Shown here piece by piece: positions 38,815-48,999 of a stretch of DNA of 62,477 nt. Location: assembly GCA_017441845.1 (NCBI GenBank), contig JAFRVB010000001.1, positions 1 through 62,477 of the forward strand, in the 5' to 3' direction. Every line of letters starts with the position of its first letter. Positions within the stretch are counted from its first letter, which is position 1. Source of the stretch: Bacilli bacterium (lineage in GTDB: Bacteria; Bacillota_I; Bacilli_A; RF39; UBA660). Below the pieces are notes generated by a model. It searched no databases and was not told the DNA's origin. It saw nothing but the letters and a program-made list of their open reading frames with translations. A program made the translations under genes and the position numbers.

Positions 38815-39439
38815 AGAATTTATAGAAGAAATAAAACTTCTAGGAATAAATCCAACTCAAGAACAATTATCTCAATTAGAAGAATATTACAATCTATTAA
38901 TAGAGTGGAATAATAAAATGAATTTAACTCGTATAACAGAAAAAAAAGAAGTATATCTAAAACACTTCTATGATTCTCTAACTATAAACAAGATAATTAA
39001 TCTAAATGACTATAATACTTTATGTGATATAGGTACTGGAGCAGGATTCCCAGGTATAGTTTTAAAGATATTTTATCCTCATCTAGAAATAACCTTAGTA
39101 GATGCTAGAGAAAAGAAGTTAAAATTTCTAGATGAAGTAATAAAAAAATTAAACTTAAAGAATATTTCTACTAAACATATAAGAGCAGAAGAATATTCAG
39201 AAAAATTCGACATAGTAACAGCTAGAGCAGTAGCTAATATTCAAAAACTTCTAGATTATACAATGCATCTAGTTAAAAAGAATGGATATCTTATTGCTCT
39301 AAAAGGAGATATTGATTCTGAATTAGTAGAAGAAGTACAAACACAAATAAATAAACAATACACAATTAAAAATATTATTAAATTCAATCTACCAGTAGAA
39401 GGTAGTAAAAGAAGTTTAATATTAATAAAGAATAAATAA
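38804..39439 (+). CDS. rsmG: 16S rRNA m7G527 methyltransferase
   Basis: WN.KMNLT, KHFYDSL, DIGTGAGFPG, ARAVA. Confidence 0.96.
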   Translation: MTDKEFIEEIKLLGINPTQEQLSQLEEYYNLLIEWNNKMNLTRITEKKEVYLKHFYDSLTINKIINLNDYNTLCDIGTGAGFPGIVLKIFYPHLEITLVDAREKKLKFLDEVIKKLNLKNISTKHIRAEEYSEKFDIVTARAVANIQKLLDYTMHLVKKNGYLIALKGDIDSELVEEVQTQINKQYTIKNIIKFNLPVEGSKRSLILIKNK

Positions 39440-39496
39440 ATGTTTATTTATTCTTTTTTTGTGCTATAATTGAAAAAATTAATTAAGGAGAAATTT

Positions 39497-40033
39497 ATGT
39501 TTATAAGTGAAATAACTAAGGAAATACCTGAGAAATTTGAAAATGATGTAGAGGAGAGGATCTTTAATAAATTAAAAGAATTAAATATATCTTTTGATAG
39601 AATCGATAATGATGAAGCTAATACTATGGAGTCTTGTATAGAACTAGATAAGAAACTAGGTTCTGAAATTAGAAAAACAGTTTTTGTATGTAATAGACAA
39701 AAAACTCAATATTATTTAGTAGTATTGCCTGCAAACAAGCCTTTTGTGACTAAAGATTTTTCTAGAGAGATGGAGTGTTCACGAGTATCATTTGCATCAA
39801 TAGATGATTTAAAGGAAATACTTGGAGTTACTCCAGGGAGTGCTTCTGTTTTATGTTCTATAAAAGATGAAAATAAATTAGTGCAAGTAGTAATAGATAA
39901 ACCTATTACTGAAGAAGAGTATTTTTCATGTAATACTGGTACTAGTCTAAGACATATTAAGATTAAAACTAAAGATTTACTTGAAGTGATACTTCCAAAT
40001 ATAGATCATGAAGCTAAAATAGTAGAATTATAA
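39497..40033 (+). CDS. YbaK/ProX (PrdX)-family aminoacyl-tRNA editing protein
   Basis: K.VFVCNRQKT.YYL...P..KPF.TK, SR.SFA, LGVTPGSAS. ATG at 39497 follows AAGGAG. Confidence 0.8.
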   Translation: MFISEITKEIPEKFENDVEERIFNKLKELNISFDRIDNDEANTMESCIELDKKLGSEIRKTVFVCNRQKTQYYLVVLPANKPFVTKDFSREMECSRVSFASIDDLKEILGVTPGSASVLCSIKDENKLVQVVIDKPITEEEYFSCNTGTSLRHIKIKTKDLLEVILPNIDHEAKIVEL

Positions 40034-40115
40034 AAACTCTTAATTAAGAGTTTTTTAATTGAAATAATTTAAATAATAATATATAATGTATTATAGGAAA
40101 GAATAGAGGGATACT

Positions 40116-41426
40116 ATGGCTAAAGAAGCTAAAAAAGAAGTAGTCACAATTAACTTAAATGACATCATACCTAATAAATTTCAACCTAGAGAAGTATTCG
40201 ATGATCAATCTCTAAAAGAACTAGCTGTATCTATTAAAGAACACGGTGTAATTCAACCTATTATAGTTAGAGAAGTTAATGGTAAATATGAGATTATTGC
40301 GGGTGAAAGAAGATATAAAGCCTCAGCATTAGCTGGTAAGACCACTATCCCTGCTATAGTTGAAAATTTAGATGATAAAGAATCATCTAAAGTAGCACTA
40401 CTTGAAAATTTACAAAGAAAAAATCTTAATCCTATAGAAGAAGCTAAAACATATCAAAAGATTCTTGAATTAGATGAAATGACACAAGAAGAATTAGCTA
40501 AAACTATGGGTAAATCTCAGTCTGCTGTTGCTAATAAACTTAGATTATTGCAACTAAACGATGATGTTAAAAAAGCTCTTCTTAGTGAAGAGATATCTGA
40601 ACGTCATGCTAGAACTCTATTAAGAATAGAAGATCCAGTTGCTCAAACTGAGATGTTAAAAAGAGTAATAACTGAAAAGATAAATGTTCGTGATTTAGAA
40701 AAAGAAATAGATAAGATAGCACCTAAGAAAGAAATTGAAGAAGTTGTTCCTGCTGCACCTGCTACTCCACAACCAGAAACTCAAGCCCCAGTTGAACCTC
40801 AAAATGTATTAAATAACTTCATCAATGACGCTCCATTAGCTCCAACAACACAAATTAAAAATCCTAACGAAGAGATTGGAAAAGTTAAAATCATTGATGA
40901 TGATAATCCTGATGGAGAAGAAAAATTCTTAGACTACAGTAAAATTGATGATGATGCTGATGAAGAGGATAACAGTTCTCATACATTCTTAACTGGAACT
41001 ACACCTGATGTTCAAGATATTAAAGATAATGCAGTAGATATTAATCAAGTTCCAGCGACTGGAGGATCATCACTAGATAGTTTACTAAATCTTCCTACAC
41101 CTACAGTTAAGGAAGAACCAAAAGAAGAAAACTTCTTATCTCCAGCAGAAGCTATTGTTAAAACAGCTGAAACAGAGGAAGAAGAAAAACCAGGAGTTGA
41201 AGATTATTTCAAAACACCTGATCTTGCCGCAATCAATCTACCTAGTGAGATAGATACTGGAGAAAAAGCAGAAACTAAGGAAGAAGTAGTTACTATAGAT
41301 GTAGCTAAAGAAAATATCAAAGAATTAGTTAATGATTTAAAAGCAAATGGTATTAATATAACTATGGATGAAATGGATTTTCCTCAGAAATACCAAGTTA
41401 TTATCAAAATTAATAAAAATGAGTAG
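40116..41426 (+). CDS. noc: Noc-type ParB paralog with long acidic linker and no N-terminal amphipathic helix
   Basis: PN.FQPR..F, IIAGERR, ENLQR. HTH GKSQSAVANKLRLL and ERHAR carry Noc-type residues. Noc-like CTD, located between rsmG and soj. Confidence 0.8.
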   Translation: MAKEAKKEVVTINLNDIIPNKFQPREVFDDQSLKELAVSIKEHGVIQPIIVREVNGKYEIIAGERRYKASALAGKTTIPAIVENLDDKESSKVALLENLQRKNLNPIEEAKTYQKILELDEMTQEELAKTMGKSQSAVANKLRLLQLNDDVKKALLSEEISERHARTLLRIEDPVAQTEMLKRVITEKINVRDLEKEIDKIAPKKEIEEVVPAAPATPQPETQAPVEPQNVLNNFINDAPLAPTTQIKNPNEEIGKVKIIDDDNPDGEEKFLDYSKIDDDADEEDNSSHTFLTGTTPDVQDIKDNAVDINQVPATGGSSLDSLLNLPTPTVKEEPKEENFLSPAEAIVKTAETEEEEKPGVEDYFKTPDLAAINLPSEIDTGEKAETKEEVVTIDVAKENIKELVNDLKANGINITMDEMDFPQKYQVIIKINKNE

Positions 41427-41514
41427 AAAGAAATTTCTACTTTTTTTCTAAAAATATTTAAAAAAAACCCAATCTTTGATACAATAAATTAGTAGTTAAG
41501 AAATGGGTGATAAG

Positions 41515-42300
41515 ATGGGAAAGACAATATCATTAGTAAATCAAAAAGGTGGCGTAGGAAAGACTACAACTAGTATTAATCTTTCTGCATCTTTAGCAGC
41601 TCTTGGTAAAAGAGTATTATTAATAGACTTAGATCCTCAAGGTAATACAACTACTGGAGTAGGTATTAATAAAGGGGATATTGATAAGAGTATATATGAT
41701 GTTTTAATAGGAGAATGTAATATAAATGACGCTATTATTAGAACTAAATATGTTAATTTATCAGTAATACCAGCTTCTATTAATTTAGCAGGTATCAATA
41801 TAGAATTAATTGAGAAGAGTAGAACAGAAGCAAACTTCTCTAAAGGAGAACAACTAAAAAGAAACTTAGAACCAATAAGAAATAATTATGATTATATTAT
41901 TATTGATTGTCCTCCATCATTAGAAGTTTTAACAACAAATGCGCTAGCAGCATCTAACTCAGTAATTATTCCAGTACAATGCGAATTCTTCGCCTTAGAA
42001 GGAATTACTCAATTATTAAGAACAATTATGTTGGCTCAAAAGAATTTAAATCCAACATTAAGTATAGAAGGGGTTCTATTAACTATGTTAGACTCTAGAA
42101 CTAATTTAGGATTTGAAGTAGTAGAAGAAATAAGAAAATTCTTCAAAGAGAATGTTTATAATACTATTATTCCAAGATTAGTTAGATTAACAGAAGCTCC
42201 ATCTCATGGAGAACCAATAATCGCTTATGATCCAAAGAGTAGAGGATCTGAAGCATACTTAAATTTGGCTAAGGAAGTGATTGCTAGAAATGGAAACTGA
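41515..42300 (+). CDS. parA: Chromosome partitioning ATPase Soj/ParA
   Basis: NQKGGVGKTT, DLDPQGN, IDCPPSL, PVQCEFFALEG, EAPSHG.P. Confidence 0.97.
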   Translation: MGKTISLVNQKGGVGKTTTSINLSASLAALGKRVLLIDLDPQGNTTTGVGINKGDIDKSIYDVLIGECNINDAIIRTKYVNLSVIPASINLAGINIELIEKSRTEANFSKGEQLKRNLEPIRNNYDYIIIDCPPSLEVLTTNALAASNSVIIPVQCEFFALEGITQLLRTIMLAQKNLNPTLSIEGVLLTMLDSRTNLGFEVVEEIRKFFKENVYNTIIPRLVRLTEAPSHGEPIIAYDPKSRGSEAYLNLAKEVIARNGN

Positions 42301-43180
42301 TAATAAAAGAAAAGCTCTAGGTAGAGGACTTGAAGAATTATTCAATAATGAACCATTAGTTTATGACAAAGTTGAAGAAAAGATTCTACAAGAAACACCT
42401 AAAGATGCTATAGAAAATATTAGATTAGGAGAATTACATGCCAATCCATATCAACCTAGAAAAGTATTTGATGAAGAAGCATTAAATGAATTAGCTGATT
42501 CTATTAGAGAACATGGTGTAATTCAACCAATTATCGTTAAAAAAGGTATCAAAGGATATGAGATAATAGCTGGAGAAAGAAGAGTAAAAGCTTCTCAAAT
42601 AGCTGGATTAGAAGAAATACCTGCTATTATTAGAGATTTCAATGATCAAGAGATGATGGAAATAGCTCTATTAGAGAACTTACAAAGAGAAAATCTTAAT
42701 GCTGTTGAAGAAGCTAATGCTTATAAGAAATTACAAGAGAATTTAAATATTACTCAAGAAGAATTAGCTAAGAGATTAGGTAAATCAAGATCTCATATTA
42801 CTAATATGTTAGGTATTTTAACATTACCTACATCTATTCAAGATATGATTGAAGCTAAAGAATTAACTATGGCTCATGCAAGAGTTCTTTCTAAATTAGA
42901 AGATAAAGAACAACAAGAGTCTCTAGCAAACAGAATAGTTAAAGAAGGAATAAGTGTTCATGAGTTAGAGAATTTAACTTCATCACCTAAAGAATTTGTA
43001 AGAAAACATAAAGTTACTAAAAAAGCACCTAGTGAATATAAGTACTTAGAAGAAGGTCTAAGTGAAAAATTAGGTACTAAAGTAAAAGTAAAATCTAATA
43101 AGATTGAAATATCTTTTGTAAATGTTAATGATTTAAATAGAATATTAGAAATCATGGATTTGAATGAGAGTGGTAACTAA
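42290..43180 (+). CDS. parB: Chromosome partitioning protein ParB/Spo0J
   Basis: ALGRGL, NPYQPR, IIAGERR, ENLQRE.LN, GKSRSHITN. Confidence 0.96.
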   Translation: METDNKRKALGRGLEELFNNEPLVYDKVEEKILQETPKDAIENIRLGELHANPYQPRKVFDEEALNELADSIREHGVIQPIIVKKGIKGYEIIAGERRVKASQIAGLEEIPAIIRDFNDQEMMEIALLENLQRENLNAVEEANAYKKLQENLNITQEELAKRLGKSRSHITNMLGILTLPTSIQDMIEAKELTMAHARVLSKLEDKEQQESLANRIVKEGISVHELENLTSSPKEFVRKHKVTKKAPSEYKYLEEGLSEKLGTKVKVKSNKIEISFVNVNDLNRILEIMDLNESGN

Positions 43181-43983
43181 TGTTAGGAAATATTGATATA
43201 AAATTAATAATTCAACCTATTATATATATAATTATAGGTATTATAGCTTATAAGATTATTAAGGGTATTATCTTAAAAGCATCACATCATGCTAATAAGA
43301 GAATATCTGAACAAAGAAAACAACGTATTCAAACTATTAATACTCTAATTATTAATATAGTTAAATATATAATAGTAATCTTTGTAATATTAGCTATTCT
43401 ATCTACATTAGGTATTAATGTTACATCTATATTAGCTGGACTTGGTATTACCACTGCTATTATTGGTTTAGCTTTCCAAGATATGGCTAAAGATTTAATA
43501 GCTGGGTTTTCTATTTTAAGTGAAGGTAACTTTGAAATAGGAGATACTATTGAAGTAGATGGATTCTTAGGAGAAGTAGTATTCATGGGATTAAAAACTA
43601 CTAGAATTCAACATTTTAATGGATCTACTTATATAGTAGCTAATAGATATATGGATAAAGTTAAGAATTATTCATTAACAAATACACTTGCTATAGTAGA
43701 TATAGCGGTAGCTTATGAAGAAGATAATGAAAGAGTTACCAAAGTATTTAATAAGATAATAGAAGAATTAAAAGGAAAAATTCCTAATGCTACTGGAGAT
43801 TTAAGATTATTAGGAGTAAATGAACTAGCAGATTCATCTGTAGTATATAGACTAGTAGTTGAAACAGAACCTGCTAAACATTATGAAACTCAAAGATTCT
43901 TAAGAGAAGAACTAAAGAAAAGACTTGATAAAGAAAATGTTAAGATTCCTTATAATCAGATTGAGGTGCATAATGGAAAATAA
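43180..43983 (+). CDS. Small-conductance mechanosensitive channel (MscS/YkuT-like)
   Basis: ILAGLGI...IGLAFQD..KD.IAG, F.IGD.I. Confidence 0.92.
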   Translation: MLGNIDIKLIIQPIIYIIIGIIAYKIIKGIILKASHHANKRISEQRKQRIQTINTLIINIVKYIIVIFVILAILSTLGINVTSILAGLGITTAIIGLAFQDMAKDLIAGFSILSEGNFEIGDTIEVDGFLGEVVFMGLKTTRIQHFNGSTYIVANRYMDKVKNYSLTNTLAIVDIAVAYEEDNERVTKVFNKIIEELKGKIPNATGDLRLLGVNELADSSVVYRLVVETEPAKHYETQRFLREELKKRLDKENVKIPYNQIEVHNGK

Positions 43984-44179
43984 AGTATTAAATTATGGGG
44001 TTGGCACTAAAGTTATTATGAAAAAACCTCATCCATGTGGAACTAATTTATGGGAAATTACTAGAACAGGTGCCGATATAAAGATAAAATGTATCAATTG
44101 TGGAAGAACTGTTTTAATTCCTAGAATTGAGTTTAATAAGAAATTAAAAAAGATAGTGGAAGAGGAGGAAAATAAGTGA
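43973..44179 (+). CDS. DUF951 (YyzM-like) protein
   Basis: MKKPHPCG.N.WEI.RTGADIKIKC..CGR. Confidence 0.9.
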   Translation: MENKVLNYGVGTKVIMKKPHPCGTNLWEITRTGADIKIKCINCGRTVLIPRIEFNKKLKKIVEEEENK

Positions 44180-45771
44180 AAGATAAGAAAAAATTAAAAT
44201 TAAAAAAGTTTTATTTTCATCCAATTACAGTATTTATAGTTTTAACAATAATATTAATAATACTTAGTGGTATACTAGCAAGTTTTGATATATCTACATC
44301 ATATAATCAAATAGATAAGAATACCATTACATTAGAGCCTAAATTATTAGCGATAGAGTCAATATTCTCGTTCGCCGCAATTAAAACATTAATGTCTAAT
44401 GCGATGAGTAATTTCTTAAGTTTCGCACCACTAGGTACATTATTAATATCATTAATAGGTTTAGCTATTGCTGAAGGTACTGGTTTAATTGAAACTTTCT
44501 CAAGAAAATATTTAAAGAGAATGCCTGAATGGTTATTAACATTATTAGTAATATTTATCGCAACAGTTTCATCTTTAATTAATGAAGTTGGTTATGCGAT
44601 TCTTATTCCAATGTTTGCTTTAATTTATTTCATTAATGGAAGAAACCCAATACTAGGTATTATTACATCGTTCTGTGGAGTTTCATTTGGTTATGGAGTA
44701 TCTCTATTCGTAGGATCTATGGATATAGCTTTGAAAGACTATACTGAATTAGCTTCACACTTAGTAGATGAAAATTATCATGTACCATTATCATCAAACT
44801 TAATATTCTTAGTAATTGCGACGATTATTATAACGATAGTGGGTACGATTATAATAGAAAAACTGATTGCTCCTAAAGTAGGACACTATAAGAGAGAAGA
44901 AGAATTTGCTAAAACTGAACAATATAGAGTAATTAACTATGAGGAAGAAGAACAAAAGAAAATAGAAAGAGAAAGAAATGAAAAGAGAGGTCTAAGATTT
45001 GCTCTTATCGTAGGTATAGTTTTAATACTAATGTATATTTATGCCTTAGTACCAGGACTACCATACTCTGGATTATTACTAGATAATTCTACTAATATCT
45101 ATGTAGATCAATTATTTGGTAGTAAAGCATACTTCCAAGATAGTTTTACTTATTGTATAGCTTTATTCTTTATAATTACTGGTATTGCTTATGGTATAGG
45201 AGCTAAAACAGTTAAGAATGATAAAGAAATAATAGAATTCTCTGCTACTAAATTTAAAGATTTAGGTAGTCTATTCTTATTAATATTTGTAGTTAGTCAA
45301 TTTATAACTATTTATAAATCTACAAATATTGGTATGATAATCGCTACACTATTTAGTAATTTATTAGCTAGTATGAGTTTAAGTGGAATACCACTAATCA
45401 TCGTAACACTTTTATTTATTTCAATATCTAATATATTCTTAACTAGTCCTACTCAAAAATGGATGATATTCTCACCAGTAGTAGTTCCAATGTTCATGCA
45501 ATCAAATATTACACCAGAATTTGCTCAAATAGTAATGAGAACATCTCTATCTATGACTAATGGTATTACTCCATTACTTGCTTCATTTGTTATTTATATA
45601 GGTTATTTAAATATTTATAACTTAGATAAATCTAAACCATATACTATAAGAAAATCATTAAGTGTCATAACACCATATTTCTTAATTATAGCTCTAACAT
45701 GGGTATTAATAATTATAGGATGGTATATCATAGGAGCACCAATAGGTGGAGGAGTAAATCCAACATTATAG
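44176..45771 (+). CDS. abgT: AbgT-family transporter (p-aminobenzoyl-glutamate)
   Basis: HP...F, NF..FAPLG, AEGTGL, GRNP..G, KW.I.SP..VPM, TN.ITP, W...G.PIG. Confidence 0.85.
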   Translation: MKDKKKLKLKKFYFHPITVFIVLTIILIILSGILASFDISTSYNQIDKNTITLEPKLLAIESIFSFAAIKTLMSNAMSNFLSFAPLGTLLISLIGLAIAEGTGLIETFSRKYLKRMPEWLLTLLVIFIATVSSLINEVGYAILIPMFALIYFINGRNPILGIITSFCGVSFGYGVSLFVGSMDIALKDYTELASHLVDENYHVPLSSNLIFLVIATIIITIVGTIIIEKLIAPKVGHYKREEEFAKTEQYRVINYEEEEQKKIERERNEKRGLRFALIVGIVLILMYIYALVPGLPYSGLLLDNSTNIYVDQLFGSKAYFQDSFTYCIALFFIITGIAYGIGAKTVKNDKEIIEFSATKFKDLGSLFLLIFVVSQFITIYKSTNIGMIIATLFSNLLASMSLSGIPLIIVTLLFISISNIFLTSPTQKWMIFSPVVVPMFMQSNITPEFAQIVMRTSLSMTNGITPLLASFVIYIGYLNIYNLDKSKPYTIRKSLSVITPYFLIIALTWVLIIIGWYIIGAPIGGGVNPTL

Positions 45772-45776
45772 TAAAT

Positions 45777-45806
45777 AAAAAGAAAGGTTTAACCTTTCTT
45801 TTTTTT
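45777..45806. terminator. Bidirectional terminator (abgT / CofE-like gene)
   Basis: aaaaagaaagg-ttta-acctttcttttttt. Confidence 0.8.
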
Positions 45807-47007
45807 AGTCATTACTCAAATTATCAAAGTATCCTTGAATAAATACTACAGGAGTACCCTTATCACCACTACCACTAGTTAAGTCACATAAAGATCCAAT
45901 TAAATCAGTTAATCTTCTAGGAGTAGTACCTTGAGTAATCATCTGTCCTTTTAAATCGGCATCTTTCTTTCTAATTTCATCTTTAATAGCTTCCTTTAAT
46001 TCATCACCTTTTAAATCAGGGAACTTATTATCAGAAACAAATTTTAATTTAATTTCATTAGGAGTACCTTCAAGACCGCTTGTATAAAAAGGTGATACTA
46101 CTGGGTCAGCTAATTCCCAAATCTTACCAACAGGATCTTTAAAAGCTCCATCTCCATAAATCATAACTTCAATATTTTTGCCAGAAAGCTCTTTTAATTT
46201 AGCTTGAATTCCATCTACTAAACCTTGACCATCTTTTGGGAATAATTTTAATCTTTCTTCAGTAGATTTATTAGATCCAAGTAAACCAAATTTATCATTG
46301 AAACCAGATTCATTAACAGAATGATTCATAATTTCAAATAAACCAATACATTTAGCTCCTCTTTCTTCTAGATTAGCTTTAGTTTTATATCTAGTATGAA
46401 TATCACAGTTAATAATATTATTGGTATATTTAAGTATCTCAGTCGCATCATTAGCTAAGATAAACATAGGTTCACAGTCTTCAGCTTGAATTAATTCTCT
46501 ATAAAAATCAATCATATTAATTCCAGTAAAAGGATGTAACCAATCTCCAAAATTATCTTTATACTCATCTTCAGTAATAACACTACCTAAATCAAAATCG
46601 CTATCATCGAATTTATCTTCATCTAAGATACCATTACCAACTTCATCACTAGGGAATGATAGTTGTACATAAAGTTTCTTAGTACTTCTCGCAATACCTT
46701 TAAGTATTAATGAAAATCTATTACGACTAAGTATTGGGAATACTATACCTAATTCCTCTGGATTATCAAATTTTTCTTTAATATCAGTTGCGATATCATC
46801 AACAGAACAATAATTACCTTGACTGATACCTACAACAGCTTCAGTAATCGCAACAACATCACGATCTCTAAACTCAAATCCTTCACTTTCTTTAGCTTCC
46901 ATCAAAGATTTCACAACAATCTCTTCTAAATTATCATTTTCTTTAATGATTGGTGTACGAATTCCACGTACTACAGTACCAACATTTCTCAAAATATCAC
47001 CTTCCAT
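45805..47007 (-). CDS. Coenzyme F420-0:L-glutamate ligase (CofE)-like family protein
   Basis: RGIRTPIIKE.D.L...V, D.DVV.ITE.VV, ADPVVSP, DL.GSL.DLTSGSGDKGTPVV. The start may instead be TTG at 46992. Confidence 0.75.
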   Translation of the reverse strand: MEGDILRNVGTVVRGIRTPIIKENDNLEEIVVKSLMEAKESEGFEFRDRDVVAITEAVVGISQGNYCSVDDIATDIKEKFDNPEELGIVFPILSRNRFSLILKGIARSTKKLYVQLSFPSDEVGNGILDEDKFDDSDFDLGSVITEDEYKDNFGDWLHPFTGINMIDFYRELIQAEDCEPMFILANDATEILKYTNNIINCDIHTRYKTKANLEERGAKCIGLFEIMNHSVNESGFNDKFGLLGSNKSTEERLKLFPKDGQGLVDGIQAKLKELSGKNIEVMIYGDGAFKDPVGKIWELADPVVSPFYTSGLEGTPNEIKLKFVSDNKFPDLKGDELKEAIKDEIRKKDADLKGQMITQGTTPRRLTDLIGSLCDLTSGSGDKGTPVVFIQGYFDNLSND

Positions 47008-47098
47008 CTTAATTTTATCATAAAATCTATAAAAATGAGTTAACTTCTTTAAATCAAGACTATAATTTGATATAATACAAGCGAAAGAAGTGATAAAA

Positions 47099-48199
47099 AT
47101 GAGTTTAACAGCTGGTATAGTTGGTCTACCTAATGTAGGGAAATCAACTTTATTTAATGCGATTACTAATCAAAAAATCTTAGCTGAGAATTATCCGTTC
47201 GCTACAATTGAACCAAATGTAGGAGTAGTAACAGTAAAAGATGAAAGAATGGATAAATTAAGAGATATGTATAATCCTAAGAAATTTATCCCTACAGCTT
47301 ATGAATTTACTGATATAGCTGGTCTAGTTAAAGGGGCATCTAAAGGAGAAGGTTTAGGTAATAAATTCTTATCTCATATTAGAGAAACAGATGCGATAGT
47401 AGAAGTAGTAAGATGCTTTGATAATGGTAAAATTATCCATGTTGAAGGAGATATTGATCCAATCAGAGATATCGAAACTATTAATTTAGAATTAGCTATA
47501 GCTGACTTAGATATAGTAAATAATAGATTAGAAAAAGTAGGTAAGAAAGCAAGAACTACTAAAGATAAAAATGATTTAATCGAAGTAGAAGCTTTAGAAA
47601 AAGCAAAAGTTGCTTTAGAGACTGGTAAATCTCTAAGACAAGTAGACTTTGATAAAGAAGAATTATTAACTTTAAAAGCATTCTCTTTCTTAACATTAAA
47701 ACCTATTATTTATCTAGCTAATATTTCAGAAGATGAAATAGGTAAAGATGATAATGAGTATGTTAAAAAAGTTAAAGAGTATGCTGATAATGAAGGATCA
47801 CAAGTAGTAGTGTTATGTGCTAAAGTAGAAGAAGATTTATCTGAGTTAAGTGATGAAGAAAAAGCTGAAATGTTAGAGATGCTAGGACTAGATTCGTCAG
47901 GATTAGATAAATTAGTTCAAGCAACCTATAAAATATTAGGTTTAAGAACATTCTTCACAGTAGGTCCAGATGAAGTTAGAGCTTGGACTTTCAAAGAAGG
48001 AATGAATGCTAAGAAATGTGCTGGAGTAATTCACACAGACTTTGAAAAAGGATTTATTAAAGCTGAAGTAATCTCATATGAAGACTTAATTGAATATGGA
48101 GATGAATTAAAAGTAAGAGAAGCAGGTAAATTAAGATTAGAAGGAAAAGATTATATAGTACAAGATGGAGACATCTGTCATTTTAGATTTAATGTATAG
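47099..48199 (+). CDS. ychF: Ribosome-binding ATPase YchF
   Basis: GIVGLPNVGKSTLFN, NYPFATIEPN, DIAGLV.GAS.GEGLGN.FL, terminal HFRFNV. Confidence 0.98.
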   Translation: MSLTAGIVGLPNVGKSTLFNAITNQKILAENYPFATIEPNVGVVTVKDERMDKLRDMYNPKKFIPTAYEFTDIAGLVKGASKGEGLGNKFLSHIRETDAIVEVVRCFDNGKIIHVEGDIDPIRDIETINLELAIADLDIVNNRLEKVGKKARTTKDKNDLIEVEALEKAKVALETGKSLRQVDFDKEELLTLKAFSFLTLKPIIYLANISEDEIGKDDNEYVKKVKEYADNEGSQVVVLCAKVEEDLSELSDEEKAEMLEMLGLDSSGLDKLVQATYKILGLRTFFTVGPDEVRAWTFKEGMNAKKCAGVIHTDFEKGFIKAEVISYEDLIEYGDELKVREAGKLRLEGKDYIVQDGDICHFRFNV

Positions 48200-48207
48200 G
48201 AGTTTTT

Positions 48208-48987
48208 ATGGAATCACAAATAGTTATATTTGAAGCAAACAATAATGAAGGATATTTCAGTAAGAACGAAAAGTTTTATCCAATTAAAACAAAAAAGTAT
48301 ATAGAAAATAAATTTCTAGAAACAAGAAAAAATATGGGTAAACATTTCGGTTTTAACTATCTAAAAATGTTTGAAGTAAGACAAAAAATGCAAGATAACG
48401 ATGATTATCCTGATAATAAATATGTAGTATTAGATGATACCCATATGCAAAAAGAAGACTTTTTAGATGAAGAAGTACATGCGGATATATTAATTATTTC
48501 GAATAAATATCCAGGTATAGCAGTAGGTCATAGACAAGCAGATTGCCCAGTACTTATCTTAGAAGATAGAAAGAAAGGTATAACTGCAATATGTCATACT
48601 AATACTATTCATATTAATAGAGAATTACCTAAATATTTAGTTAAAACTATGATTGATGATTTTAACTCTAAAGCAAGTAATCTATATTTATATATAGGAT
48701 CATGTGTTAAAAAAGAAAACTATATTTATGATAGATATCCAATCTGGGCAACAAATGAAAAAGTATGGCATGACGCTATTGTTAAAGAAGAAGATGGATA
48801 TCATATAGATATGGAAAAAGCTATATTAAAACAAGTTAAAATATTTGACTTAAAAGAAATAAAAGTAAGTCCTATCGATACAGCAGGAGATAACCAATAT
48901 GCATCACATACCATGTTAGTAAAAGGACATAAAGATAAAGCAGGACAAAACTTTGTAGGATTTTACTACAAAAAAAATGAAGATTAA
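48208..48987 (+). CDS. Laccase-domain/YfiH (PgeF)-family protein, divergent
   Basis: ADCPVL, A.CH, YIGSC, DT...YASH. Some catalytic-region residues are atypical. Confidence 0.7.
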   Translation: MESQIVIFEANNNEGYFSKNEKFYPIKTKKYIENKFLETRKNMGKHFGFNYLKMFEVRQKMQDNDDYPDNKYVVLDDTHMQKEDFLDEEVHADILIISNKYPGIAVGHRQADCPVLILEDRKKGITAICHTNTIHINRELPKYLVKTMIDDFNSKASNLYLYIGSCVKKENYIYDRYPIWATNEKVWHDAIVKEEDGYHIDMEKAILKQVKIFDLKEIKVSPIDTAGDNQYASHTMLVKGHKDKAGQNFVGFYYKKNED

Positions 48988-48999
48988 CTTCATTTTTTT
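48970..48999. terminator. Bidirectional terminator
   Basis: aaaaaaaatgaag-atta-acttcatttttt. Confidence 0.7.
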
